The translations under genes were made by a program, and so were the position numbers. The notes beneath the pieces were generated by a model, which saw only the letters and a program-made list of their open reading frames with translations, was not told the origin of the DNA and made no database searches. DNA of 63,186 bases, filler included, from Psammoneis japonica (Eukaryota), in NCBI GenBank assembly GCA_008632985.1. It is 3 parts of 3 records of this genome, joined end to end, with 100 filler letters (N's around TTAATTAATTAA, not from the genome) between each part and the next. Parts side by side here need not be neighbours in the genome. Positions count along the whole stretch, not along the records: positions 46,134 to 63,186 come from QPGO01000444.1; 2 more parts are not named here. One strand, written 5' to 3'. Of this stretch, positions 46,134-59,500 are shown in pieces (within the stretch, counting starts at the first letter, position 1; every line of letters begins with the position of its first letter).

Positions 46134-47426
46134 GACTTTCGAGTGTAGATTGCTGTTTGGCGGCGGAGGAGGACATTTTTTCCAGGTCGGGAATGCAACC
46201 AAGGACACGCCACTTTGCTCTGTCATGCCATTGGTTGCAGGCAACATGAGCCGACGTAACTGTGACAGGTTCTCCGCAGGAAGACGACATGGAGGCTGTC
46301 TTCCCAGTCTTGTCAACGTGAATCATCAAACATTCAGGAACTCTTTAAGAGGATCGGAGACCCTGGCTGTGCACGCACTTCTGCACCACTCTCCTGCCAA
46401 AACACACTTGTCGTGCTTTCCCTTTGAGACATGCATTCCGCATGGATCGGCAGTGGGGTTGGCCCATGTGCAAGCATCCAGCATGAACGATTCCCACACA
46501 TCTTTGAAATTCCATCGCGGAACTCTTGCTGTTGTCTCACCGCGTTCCCCATTGACGCTTTCTAGGTTGACTGGAATCATCTCGCATTCCGGACCTGCAA
46601 AAGATTTGTGCAGGTTCTCCATCAGTTTGGTGTGGCGAGGGATTTGCGTTCCAAGATGGAAGGCACTGCCACAGTGTCTTTTGATGAACTCGGCGATCTT
46701 GTCGCACAGGTGAAGCGGTGCTCTGCAGTTGTCTAAGAGCTTGCACAGCTCTGCACAAGCACCGTTGAGGTTGCTGAGAGATGGCATGCGCGCAAAGGCG
46801 TCTTCGGATGGGCTGCGGTGCACCTCACCCAATCGGCTGTCTTCACTCCGCGAATCATCTTCGTCCAAGCTGTTTGATTCGTCAGGATTTGTAACTTCAG
46901 AGCCCTCCATTGTGACATCTGGCAGTGCGTCAAACGAGTCATCTGGTGACAAGCTGGCTTCGGAAGACAAGTCCAGGGACATGTCATGAATTTCCTCATG
47001 ATGGGATCGCGACCCAAGAGCGGAAATGTCATCATCAAACGGTGGTGACCATGGTTCATCGCTTCTGTCATTTTCGTTGTCAGTGGACCCAAGCCCAATG
47101 TTTGCCATGGACGCACCTTGTCTGGACCGCCTCAGCCATGGCTGTGACGCGTCATCTGATGAGGAGGAAATGTCGAGATCAACTGACCCACATCTGCGAG
47201 AGAATTTGTTGCTGGCGTTGGAAGATTTAGCCACAACCCTTGCTGACAACTCTGGCATTGGGCAGTTTGTGACTGCATCGCGACGTGACAAGTTGGGCAT
47301 CTCTTGAGCAAACAAAAAACACAGTGGGTCATGATGGAAATGGGTGAGCATCCGTTTGAAGGATCGTTTGCAACGGGGACATGCCACCACACCACCCCCA
47401 CCCTGCCAACCACCATTTCCTTCCAT
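46134..47426 (-). pseudogene. Plavaka/CACTA-like transposase, copy A (N-terminal half, cut by gap)
   Basis: N-terminal CPRC...H....C finger; LNGAcAELCKLLD; VPRWNF; IhVDKTG; EPV..TSA; W..LGcIPDLEKMSSSAA; homologous to 52886-56530. Confidence 0.7.
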
Positions 47427-47779
47427 TTGTCATTGCAGCAGGTTTGTGGGCTGCCCAAACACATGTGTGTTTGAATGGCAGCACCAGCTCAGTTCTTGAA
47501 AAGTGAAACAGTTTGGGCGGCAAGGAAGGAAAACACGACATGAATTGGCGCGAAAACATGGGTGCATTGTGTTCTTCCCATCAATGAAAACATTGACAGG
47601 TGAGAATGAATCGAACGCGTTGCGATGATTGATGACTTTGAGCATGAACAACTGACTGCAAATGTTGTTTTTCTGCGGAAAGGAAAAAATGAGTTGTGAC
47701 GTGATGAGCCGTGATGCGTTGCAGTGAGAAGTCCAGGAGGGGCGCACCCACACCCACTGCAGCACCAGACACAAACGTT

Positions 47780-49202
47780 GCAATCAACAATGAACGCTGT
47801 TGTGCAAAATGACCGCTTGACGGCACATTGGCCAAATGACCACTGGAGGAGATTTGAAAGTTTGACAATCATGACGGCAGATGGAAGGCGACAAATCATG
47901 GAATCGGAGCAGAAGGCGGCTTTTGATGAATTGGGTTGTTTGATGCAAAGTTCACCACAAGGCAGGATGGTGCATTCTGATGACACGGGTGTGGCTTTGA
48001 TCGAGTTTGAGAGCGGTGCACATGCGGTTGACCCGTGCCTGCGCCGTGACGCAATGGACCTGCAACGCATGATGAATGAGGACAACATCGAAGGGAGGTG
48101 GCGGGAACTGTGGAAAGAGAGGTGCAACCACATGGTTTGGCTGCACGAACATGTGAGTGATTGGAGCACAGAAGTGATTGAGCACATGCACGCCAGCACA
48201 GGCAGGATCTGAATTCATGACAACCTGAACTGGTTGAATGGCGTCGTCAACCGTGGGATCAATGCTCGCCATTGCCCGGAGCATTGGGGCTGCATCGCGA
48301 CTCACCAAGACAGGCAAGGAAGGATGTGCTGTGTCTGCAGCACTCTGCACAATGAAGGAGAGAAAGAGCTGAGGGATGAATTTGCAGTGGGTGCGTGTGA
48401 TGATGCAAAACCAGTCATTGACAGGGGAGACGTTTCGAGATTGAGACGGAATTCGAGCGTCAGCATGCCGACCTGTGGCATGGACGAGACAGGCACTTGT
48501 GGACCGTTGGGAGAAACATCGGCAAGGGGAGGCACACACGGACTTGCAATGGACAAGAAGGGAATTGTTTGCGATGCATTAAAACTGGCGAAGTGGTTCC
48601 AGCGTGACATCGTGCGAGACAACCATGAAAGACTTTGGTTCTGTGAGCAAATGGAGTTCTTCAGGTTGTCTCCACGGACAGTCAATGAATGGATGCTGGA
48701 CATCATCTGGAAGGAGGATGGTGAGCGGGAGAAATTTCAAAGCAGGAGAAAGGAAAAGCGTTGGGTGGAGAGACGTTGTCGCATTGAAGTTGACGAATTC
48801 GTGAGAATGGTCGGAGCGGAGACGAGGGCTTTCACCCACATGACTGACTGTTCCGACATCGGGCGACACATCAAGTTGAGAGTTACAAAGTTAGAGGGTG
48901 ATGATGAGTTGGGCCAGAGAAAACGATTTGGCACCAAAAAGGATGGATGTGCTCAGGCCCCAACAGCAAACCGGAACAACGTCAAAGCAGGTGAGGGGTT
49001 TGTTCATTGCAGTAAAAACAACTTTCACAGGTGCACGTTTCACAATGATGTTTTGAACAAAATGCTTTTGCAAGCAATTTGCACTGTGGAAGTGGATTTC
49101 GAAATTGCAGCAAAAGAGAGGTTTGAACTGGAATTCGCAATGATTCAAAATTTTCACAAGATTGCACGGAGTGGTGAAATGGATGAATTGTGTGCACATT
49201 AA
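47780..49202 (+). pseudogene. Tyr-free decayed cargo ORF(s) of element A, function unknown
   Basis: ORFs 47724-48212 and 48234-49202 with protein-like composition but no Tyr; lie between the transposase and ORF2. Confidence 0.45.
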
Positions 49203-49355
49203 AAGATTTGGTTGATTCTCAATTGTGTTGCATTTGAGAAAAAGGAATCATTGATGGTGACTGTGAGATTTTTGGTGTTAAAGAGAGGTTTGAAAATTTT
49301 CCAACGGCGAAAACAACTGGGACACAAGGCATGGAGCCACCCACAATTGGCAACA

Positions 49356-50579
49356 ATGGCAAGGAAGAAGAAGAAAGGAACTGCAGGGGTGGCTGGAGAT
49401 CAACCAACAAGCCCAAGGCCAGCCACAGCGTTGGTGCGGGTGGGAGCCACTGGGGATCACCAGCCCACAAAGAGAGAGGTAGAAGAGGTGGCGCGGAAGG
49501 AACTTTTCCCAAAGGCAAAATTCCTTGTCAAGGCGGACATGGCAAGCAGCGGCAAAGTGTCGCAGCTCATCAGGAAAAAGACAGCTGGAGGAAATTGCAG
49601 CAAGCAAGACTGGGCAGGAGCGTGGGAAGACTGGGCAAAGAAGTGCGTCATGCGTGCAATTAACGCGAAAAGGAGCACGGTCACTCAGGCGATCAAGAAC
49701 AATGCAATGGCTGGCAAGTGTTTTGTGGTGCACGGCATGTTGAGTGCAGTTGCACTTGACACAACTGCACCTTTGTTTGTTGAAGTCATGTTGACAGAGA
49801 ATGAAGCAGAGGAGACACGCAGTCAGAAGCTGGCAGCAAAGGGTGGAGGTGGGAAGAAGATCAAGAAGAGGAAGAAGAACGATCGTACGGAAGAGGAAGA
49901 GCCGTTCCTGGCACTTGGGGGGAGGAGACTGTGACAACGATTGTGGAGGACAAGCGCAAGAACAAGAAAGCATGTGCTTGGTTCTACGAAAACATCCTGA
50001 AATTCACAAAGAGCACCACCACATGGAGAAGGAAGGTGGAGTCGGGTGAGACAAAGGCAACCGGTCTGGCTGCAGCGAGCAACGAGGCTCCAGCGCTGTT
50101 GACATTGGAAAACTGCTGGAAGAGTTGGGAGCACAAGGCACGTCATGACAAGACTGTTGCAGCAGGGGGGGGGTTCGGACGAAGAAGATGAGGAGGAGTC
50201 GGAACCAACACCCAAGCACACGGACCCGTCAAGGCAATGAGACTCGTGGAAAGATGCAGGGATCAAGCGATTCAACAAACTGCTTGCGGCAGCAAAGAAA
50301 GACAGGTTGAGTGAGGAGGGCATGCAGTTCGACACATGGCACAGCGAAGGCAAGAAAAGGAAGAGTGACGAAAGAGGCAAGGGATCAAAAAGAAAGAAAA
50401 AGCAGGTGGAGGAGGCAAGAACACAGGCAACGATGGAGCTTTCAAGTGACGACAAGGAGAAGGAGGAAGAGGCAACGGACGAGAACAGAGGAGATGAGGA
50501 CAGCGACGAAGGGGAGGAGGACAGCGATGCGGAAAGCGATGCGAGTGTAGATGCAGATGGTGAGCGAGCTGCGGCATGA
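49356..50579 (+). pseudogene. Accessory ORF2 of Plavaka-like element A
   Basis: VARKELFPKAKFL, SNEAPALLTLENCW, SWKDAGIKRFNKL; homologous to 51150-52378. Confidence 0.65.
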
Positions 50580-51149
50580 AAAGGCAGCGGAGGCTTTTGT
50601 CAGTGTGACAATGGAAAGAGGACAAGCAATGTAGCAGGCTTCAATGCCAACAGTTGCAAGCTTTGATGGGGCATCAAAGGGATCATTGTTTTGTGATCTA
50701 ACCTTTCGTTTGACAACCAGTGCATGCAACAGAACCAGTGTGTGCAATGGAAGGTTCTCTTGACCAATGCAACGCAATGATTGGCATTGAATTGTCACTG
50801 ACCAAAACGTTGTGAACATTGCTTTCAAAAGGTAAAAAGTGACGGAATTCTGATGGTTGAGGGAGGGGTCCCATGGGCAAAGGAGGGGTCCCATGGTGAA
50901 AAATGCAATGCTGTGACACACAACAAAAAATCACGTTCTACACAACTCACTCAATGTGAAACTGTTGCACTCATGCCTGTGACAGTGTTGAAAATTGCCT
51001 GCAAGAAGGGTGGTCAGGATCACTGTGTTTCACGCTCTGATGCTTCACCTTGTTGCCATGTGCCAATGCATGATTGCATTGCCACACAATCCTTGGTTTG
51101 TTGATTTTTTCAAACATCATTTTAAACAAGAAAAGCATTTCATCGGTCA

Positions 51150-52378
51150 AGTCAATCCCTTGTTGCGTCTGCAGTGCAATGACCGAGTGCCGTGTTGACT
51201 GTGTGCACATTTTCTTGCTGCAACTCTCTTAAACTGAGCTGATGATCATCATCAGACTGGCCTCCATCGGACTCGTCTCCTCTGTTGTTCGTTTTGCCTT
51301 TTGCACCTTCCTCCTGCTCATCGTCGTCACCATTGTCGTCCCTGCTGCTCTCCACCATTGGGCTGTTCATTGCCTTCACGTTCTCCGCATCACCGGTTGG
51401 TGCTTTCTTCTTCTTCTTTTTGCTTCTCCGGACTTCTTGCACTCGCTTTTCTTGATCTCTGCATGCCACTTTTCAAACTCCTTGCCCTCGTCACCTCTTT
51501 GCACAAATCATTGAGCCGATTGATTCCGTCATCTCCCCAAGACACTCGTTGTTTCTTTGGCTTCATGCACCAAGGGGCAGGCCTTGTTTCTTCGGGCTCC
51601 ATTTCCTCACCCAATTCTTCCGCCGCCTCCTCCTTGTTCCTGCATGCCCACACCTGCCAACAATTCTCCATGGCCAACAGCGCCAAAGCTTCGTCACCGA
51701 CCTTAAACAACTGTGAGACCTGTGCATTCCCAGTTTTGATGGTGCCACTCCATGCCTGCTTTTGCTTGGTGTGAGGCAGGATGTGATCACAGAACCACTT
51801 GCGTGCCTGCTTGTTCCTTCGTTTGCCGCCGGCGACAGTGTCCAGGGCAAACGAATCCCATGTCAGCACAAACGGGATGTCTTTCTCTTCATTCTTGTCA
51901 CGGCTTGACTTTTTCCTGCCTTGCTTTTCCTCCTGACTGCCGCCTTGAGTTTCTTTTCTTTTTCCTTTCCCTCTTCCTTGGCGACAATGCCCACACAGAC
52001 AAAGCATCGCCATCATCTTCTTGTGAGATGCGCGCAACTCTCGAATCACACACATTGGTCACTTGGCTTGCGGGCCATTGCCTCCGCCCCAACAGCCGAA
52101 CACACCGTGTTTCTGCGATTGTCAATTTGCCTTTTTTCCGCCTTTTTTGCCCATTCCTCACAAGTTCCTGACCAATTTGAAGTGTCCATGTTGCCACCAG
52201 CAATCTGTTTCTTGACAAACATTGAGACGCTCCAATTGCTTGCCAATTCTGATGGACTGAGAAACTTCACCTGTGGAAAGAGATCATTTCTGGCCACCTT
52301 CTCTGCTTCTGATTTCAATGCACCATGCGCTGCCTGCGCACCTGTTCTCTTCAACACTGCCTGAAGTCTCGGGCTCAT
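51150..52378 (-). pseudogene. Accessory ORF2 of Plavaka-like element B
   Basis: VARNDLFPQVKFL, GDEALALLAMENCW, SWGDDGINRLNDL. Confidence 0.65.
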
Positions 52379-55300
52379 TGGCTCAACAGTCTCATTTTTT
52401 TCTCTTCTTTGCCGGTGGTGCTGGAGACGACATCTTGATCTTTTCATGTCAACGATGAGAGGAGTGTTGCTGCTTGACAGTGCAACCGTCGTTTGGGTCG
52501 TGTTGAGACAGCCAGCCACTCTGTTTTTCTCTGTGACATTGCACAAATCATTGTCAGCAAAATTGAAATTTGAAAATGTGTTTGTGTGTGACAACGAACA
52601 GCTCAACTTGCTTTTTGATGTGGCTGTCATTGCGCTTCAATGGAGACAATGTCCTGCATTTTGATGGCAAATGAAGAGCACAACATCCACTGCAAATGCC
52701 AGATAAAAAATCAAAATGCAGACACGTCACACCCATGAGAATCATCCAAATCTGGAAGACAATGTAATGTTTGCCAATTTCCCGCCATTTTTTGCCTGTT
52801 GTTCTTCCTTTCCCTTCTCATCCACAAGACAAGGACGACAAGCATGAGTCTTGATGAAGGCCCTGTCAATGTTGTCTGATTGACAATGGATGGAAACCCT
52901 CTTCTCTGTCCTGGGTGTGGCAAAAGTTTTTTGTGAATGGCCTGCCATTGGAGATGCTCGCCAATGTGTCACTCAGTTGCCCAAGAGTTGCAAACCCAAG
53001 ATCAAATCCCAGATCAAAGCGACATTCCTGCCACAATGGAGGGGCTGCCCAAAGAAAGCGGTGGTTCTTCCTCTTCGTCCTCTGATGATGATGAATCCCA
53101 TCCGAGGCGACATGCTCGCAGCAGATTCCCAAGATCTTCAACGAGTGATCTGAGCAGCAGCCCCTTGTTCCCCTCCCCGGATGATGCACCGCACAGAATG
53201 GACGACATGTCCTCTGTTTCATCAAACCACAGCATGCATGGAGTTGAGCTTTCAGCAATGAACGATTTGGATGTTGGCGGTGGTCAATCCTTTGCTGCAG
53301 TGTTGGACATGACAATGGAGGAGGAAGAGGACATTCACGATGAGGATCAACATTTGGGGATCAGGCATCACGCTCCTGCAGAAGAGGCCTTGGCTTCCAC
53401 TCCCTCTTTGACAAATCTTGACGGAGCTTGCGCAGAGTTGTGCAAGAAGCTCATGGACACATGTGGTGCTCCCCTGGAATTGTGCGATTGCATTGTTGAT
53501 TTCATTGAGAGGCACACTGGGAACAGCGACATTGAGCTTGGTGCAGTTCTGCCAAGGAGAAAAGAGTTGATGCGCACCTCAACTGAGCACTTCCCTCTTC
53601 CACCCAGCGAGTCCATTCCTGTCACTCTAGAAACCAAAAATTTCAAAACCGGTTTGCCAAAACGAGTGTCAGTGCCAAGATGGGATTTCACAAAGGTTTG
53701 GGAACAGTTTTTGCTCAATCCTCACCTGTGGCGCAGCAGAGAGAATGTGGCTGATCCAGACAATCCTTTTTTGGAAGCACAAAGTGAGGGGACCGGGTGA
53801 CAAGTGCCTTTTGGCGGGTGAGTGGCACAGGCACAGTCGCGAAGAATGGACAACTGACCCGGAGAAACAATTTCTCGAGTGCAATGTCATTTGCCTCGAC
53901 AAGACTGGCAGGACACAAGGGATGGGATCACATTGTGGAGAACCAGTGATCATGACCTCTGCGCATGTTGCCTTCAACAAATGGTCTGACAAGAGTGTCT
54001 GGAAACCAATTGGTTGTCTCCCTGATTTGGAAAAGATGTCATCATCTGCGGCAAGGAATCTCTCAAACAATTGCAAGGCGGAGAAGGGACGCTCGTCAAG
54101 AGACTGCCACACTTGCTTGCGCGTTGTTTTGGAGCTACTTTTGGAAGTCATGAGAAAAGGAGGCATGAAAACATGCGTGCGATGAGGGGATGAGATGCGA
54201 CACCTCCGCGCAATCCCGCTGATTGTTCTGATCACAGGAGATGCAAAAAGCGGCAACTGCGGAGGTCACAACTGTCGCCAATGTTGCTGTCGTTTTTGCC
54301 CCATTAGCTTCAACAAACTGGACGACCCATGGATTGAGTGCGAGTTCATCCGAGGACTGGATCTCCAACAAGTGCAAACTGAGGCCAACAACGACAACAG
54401 ATCAGACCAAGAAAGGAAGCACTGGCTGGGCATCTTGCATCACCTCAAGCAACACAACGCACCTGCCAACTGTCTTTTTGAGGCAGACTTTGGTGCACAA
54501 CCACATGGCATTGCCCTTGCAACAGCAAGCAACATGATGCATCTCTTTGAAAACGGCACCTTGAAAAGGGCAATCAATTCATTTGTGGACAGCATGACAC
54601 CTGTGGTCGCAAGTGAGGTGGACAGCACAGTGGAAAGGATTTTCAGCAATCACCGGTCAACTTGCAAAGCATCCTTTTTGTGAACAAACTTCAAAGGAGG
54701 AGCAACGTCACTTGCCTTCCTCAACTCTCACCACTGGGCTGGAATGGCTTTTGTTTTCCACCTTCTCCTGTCAACCAGCGAGGGACGAAATGCATGTGAG
54801 TCATGCTTCCTTGACGAGGACGCAGACGAACCCATTGTTCCAGAGAATCGCAAGACACCCAAAGCAAACTTTGAGAGTTGCTGCCAACATGGTGAGTGCT
54901 TGGACTCTGACGATGAAAGGTCGGAGGAGTCCGAAGAGGGTGGCTGGGACGAAAATGAGGATGAGAAAGAGGAGAGTGAGGCAGAGGATGGTGACGACAA
55001 CCAAAAAAAGAAAAAATGCAAGGGAAAAAGACTCAGCTGCAGCGCCCGGCAATTCATCAATTGCTTGAGGATCTTCTTTCTTCCATGCATGGTGCAGGCT
55101 GGGCGATCCACCCATCACAAGCACAACTCCCAGTTCATCCATTCAGAAAACAAACACGAAAATCCGTCTCCTCATTGACTGGATGTTGCAATTCATCGCG
55201 CGAACAGAAGGGTGCAGGTGGAAGCTTCAAAAGCTTCATGAAACACTCCATCTCTTGGTGTTTCTTTGTCATTGCCAACACGCAATGAACTTTGATGCAG

Positions 55301-55711
55301 GCTTGGGGGAACGCCTCTTGAAAGACTTTTTCAAGCTGCCATTGTCTGCCACACAACAATGCAACCTTGATGGTTTTCTGAAGCAGGTCGTGTCGCGTGT
55401 GGAGGAGGACAGTGCATTTTGCCAACTGGGAAAAAGGAAACATCAAGACTCACCTGCAGCTGAGGGATTGGTGCTGTGACGTTTGAGTGGAACAGCTTGC
55501 GCGCTCGTTGCCAAGTTCATCCTGTGTCGCTGAACTTCATGTCAGAAAAGTGGGAGGATTGTGTTGGTGAAGACAATGAAAACACACGTCTGACTTGCAA
55601 GACAGAGTTTTGCCATGCAAGTGGGAGGGATGCGCACCGTGCGCACCCCAGTTGCAAAAGCGAAGGCCCACGGCATGACTGTGCCTGTGTGACCTTTGGC
55701 ACACGAAAGGG

Positions 55712-56157
55712 TGCAGCATGCATGCAGACAAAAGGTCATTTTGTCACGCCCTTTGTGACATTTAAAGGCTGCAACACGTCGGCGTGATGCATTGGCTCTT
55801 GTTGGCAGCTGTGTGTTGCACTCCTCCCCATGTGTCACGCGTCCATGCGGCTCTTTGCTGACGTGTGCTGACACTGCACGGTTTTGGCAGAACAGTGTGG
55901 GTGCGTGCGAAGGAACACACAGAACTGCACAGAGTTTTGCGCGTTCGACAGTGATCAACGTTGCTGCAGACAACTCCCACTCAGGTTTCGAACCCCTGGC
56001 CTCCTGCCCAATGGTTGCGAGATGAACCACTCCGCCATGAATTCACAACGCAGCATGCATGCAGACAAAAGGTTATTTTGTCACGCCCTTTGTGACATTT
56101 AAAGGCTGCAACACGTCGCCGTGATACGTTGACTCTCATTGGCAGCTGCACATTGCA
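55712..56157 (-). mobile_element. TRIM (miniature LTR retrotransposon, 446 bp)
   Basis: 109-bp direct repeats 55712-55820 and 56049-56157, outer ends TG...CA, 4-bp TSD AGGG. Removing it restores host frame TRKG|DQQFP. PPT GGGGAGGAG on the minus strand abuts the 3' LTR. Confidence 0.9.
55975..56046 (-). ncRNA. tRNA-like / Pol III A-box + B-box module inside the TRIM
   Basis: Minus strand reads TGGCGGAGTGG ... GGTTCGAAACC at tRNA-like spacing; cloverleaf imperfect, anticodon not assignable. Confidence 0.55.
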
Positions 56158-56537
56158 AGGGCGATCAACAGTTTCCCTCCCGTTTGCTGTGTTTCTTCGA
56201 ACAGGAAGACACAGGATCAATTTTTGCAGCGGCCCATCCAGCTGCTTGTCAAGCTGACCAGAGAACTGTGGGGCAACGGCATCAGCACACAAACTTGGTC
56301 AGTCGCTGGCAGCTTGATCACAAACAAAACAACTGGCTTTCAATGCCTGAGAAGACTCAGCACTCGCCTGAGTTGCAGGTTGTCCCCATCAAAGCAATTG
56401 GGGACAATGTTTTGGTTCACGAAGAATGTCCAGGAGCAGCAGAAGCGCAAGAAAAGGCCCCATTTGTTTGGGCTGCACAGGACAGAAGGAAGTGTTGGTC
56501 AGATTTGTTTCTAAAATGGGATGCGCGCATCAATCTG

Positions 56538-59500
56538 TCATTCACTCACAGTGATTTCCCAACTCTTTCTTGCAAACATGATGAGTTTGATCCTTTCAGA
56601 ATTGGCAAAGTCATTGTGGTGCACGTGAAGCAGTGCGGCGTGAGCACCTTCCATTGCTTTTGTTCTGATGTCTTCTTCTGAAACTCCAAGATGAGCTTCT
56701 TCCTGATCAGAAGGCTTTCCCAGCCACCGTTCTCGTTGTTCTTGGGTTGTAAGGTTGCTTGCAAAGAACACACTCGCGCGGCTCTTTGCAGCATCATTGT
56801 CCATTGTGCATGTGTCGAACACAGCCGATGATTTCTTCCATTGTTTGACAACCTGGAAGAAGGTTGTGAGAGCAAAGGGAGTCACTGTGTCCCCCCCTTC
56901 TCCATTTTTGGAGAGCAAGGCCCAAAGATCAATTAGATTCTGGAAAAATTGAGTCGTCCCAAAACGAGAATTGTGCCACTCTCCATCTGGCATCCAGCAG
57001 CAGCCCAACATGATTTGGTCGAACCCATGATCATCAAAATCAACAATTTTCTCAAACTGCTGCTTGACTCTCTTGACGAAATCTCTTGCTTTCACATTGC
57101 AATTTAAGTGCAGATCAGGATGGCCATCTTAGAGAGAAACTGTTGGAACGACGTTTGTGGTTGTTTTGTTGGTTTCCTCAAATGCCATTGTGTGTGCCTT
57201 GTCTCGCCTGTGTTGGTCGGACGACCCTGAGGCCACCCCCTTCTCAGAGCACAATTCTTGAGAAGATGGATGCCTTGCATTGAGCAGACGGGTCATCCCC
57301 AACCACAGCACATTGTGTGTTTCCCCATTGGTTTCGTCACTTGCGAAACAATCTCCCAAGTCACCATGGTCCTCTTCACCCTCGGAGCATTGTGCAACTT
57401 GGTTGTGCTCATCATCAATGGGCTCTTTGCTTTTGTCCTCTTCACCCATGCAAGCAGTTGGAAGTTTGCTTGTGTTCTCGTCAATTGACCCCTCCTCGCA
57501 ATCGCCAATTTTGTTCATTGCAAATGACAACAAATCACCGGCGGCCTTCTTCCTGTTAGAATGAGAATTCAATGTGACAATGTCAGTGAAATCAGACAAA
57601 AAACAAATGTGGTTGCCATGAAAAAATGACCTCTCTTTGCCGTTCCAGTTCGGCTCGAACTTCATCAATTGACACGAATGGGGCTGGCTCCCATCCCCCC
57701 ATCAGAGAACAAGAGCAACAGATGCTGTCCGCAACAAAAGACATCGCAGATTCCCATCTTTTATGAGCTGCACTCAGGTCACACAGCAAAGACGCTGGAC
57801 CATTCTTTCCACAGTCTTCCAAATCAAAATCACCCACTGTCCGTTCCAAGAGTGAATCGCGCTCCTCCACCGGGACCTTCATTTCCTCCATTTGCTTTGC
57901 TGCTCCCAACTTGGCTGCCGGATGGACAAGATTGCGAAGGTCAGGGTGAGCATGGATCCCCGTGCCACACAGCATCAACATCTGTGCAGAGTTCATGCAT
58001 CTGAACTCTCCATGGTCAGCGCCTGTGTGATCCCATGTTTGGACCACGGTTTTAAACACATCCTCGAACGCCTTGTGGTCAAACGTTGGCTTGCCAACAT
58101 TGTCCTTGATCCAGTCCATGACAACAACCAGTCCGCCAACAAGCAAGTCCATCAAACCATTGAGTTTCATCCCGCACTCTGCCACATGAACCTCCTCGAA
58201 ATCGAGTCCCGGGCTCTGCATGCGTCGGTTGTTGCGATCCCCCGCAATGCTGCCGAGTGGCCTTGCAGCTTCTCTGAAGCAATGAAGGACACGATCTCCA
58301 GCCATGAAAGGGCACTTCGCAGCATCTGTGTTGCACAACAAGCAGTGAAAATGGGAGAATCCGGTTTGACACCCAGCCACAATGGCGCAACAAAAGCAAT
58401 CGCACACACCAACCTTGTCGATGTTGTCGATGATTGCCGAACAACCGCACGAGAAATTAAAGTCCTTCACGATGGCAAACGTAAGACGTTTCCTTGGCAT
58501 GACAATGACGGGATGCTCAACTGTGTTGGACGGAAGATTTGGCTTGTCAATTTCCTCTTCCACCCACACAGAAGTGAGGGTCAAGGAAAAAATCTTTGAT
58601 GTTTCTGTGGGTTGGCTTGCCCGACGGAGGATGACAAGGGCCATGGCATCTCATCATTTCTGCAGCATGTGACAGATCAAGTTTTGCGAAATGACCATGC
58701 ACACGCAATCGGAACTTGGCATGCCCATGTGCCGAGCTGACATGGTTTCCAGCATTGCCTTTGGATGCAGTGATGACCTTCAAGACCAAGAGCGACCAAC
58801 AGCATCTCGCAGTGATGAGCAAAGAGCACCAGTCTTGGTGCACCCATCCATGTCACAATCTTCTTTGTCAATGTGAAGCTCAGTGTTTGAATCAACGGAT
58901 TTTTTGCCGGACGATGAGATGCACTTCAGACGCGTTCCAGATGTGGGTGGAAATCCGTGTGACATTGGGCCCGTAGACTTCTACGTGCGAGCTCCCAGCA
59001 AAATCATGCGGCAATTAAAATGTCAATGATCGCCAACAGAAAATGAGGCAATTTTGCGAACGCACAAACTCGCCCATGATTGAAGTGCATCATTTTTTAC
59101 TTGGCCAGTTGCATTCTTCAGACATTGAAGAATGCAACTGGCGCATTGTTGTTTCTGCAAACTTGTCACACAAAACGTCTGGGGCTTCGCAAAACAGTGA
59201 GTCTGGACAATTTTTTTTAAACATCACACATGGAAAGCTACGTGCGAAACATGCGACGGATGACAAAAATCATTTGTGTCACACGTCAGTGCTGCGAGCT
59301 CCCACCTGGGGCTGGAACGGTCTTCACTTGAATTTCCACGCCTTCTCTTCTAAAATGCTTGGCTCCAACCATCTCATGGAGCTCAGCTGCGAAAAGACCA
59401 TCACGGTGCGGGTCATGGAAGGAACGCATTTCTTTCAAAGCAACAAGATTGATTTTGTCCTCGCAGAGTTGCGCGGCGTCCAAGATTGAGGCTGTCATCA

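Larger units (their letters stand above)
52886..56530 (+). pseudogene. Plavaka/CACTA-like transposase, copy B (near full length, decayed, interrupted by TRIM)
   Basis: CPGC...H....C finger; IcLDKTG; EPV; IGcLPDL; ITGDAKSG; MHLFENG; WKLQKLHE..H; NFDAG.GE..LK; C-terminal hRAHPSc...hDcAcV...FPSRLLCFF. Confidence 0.75.
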
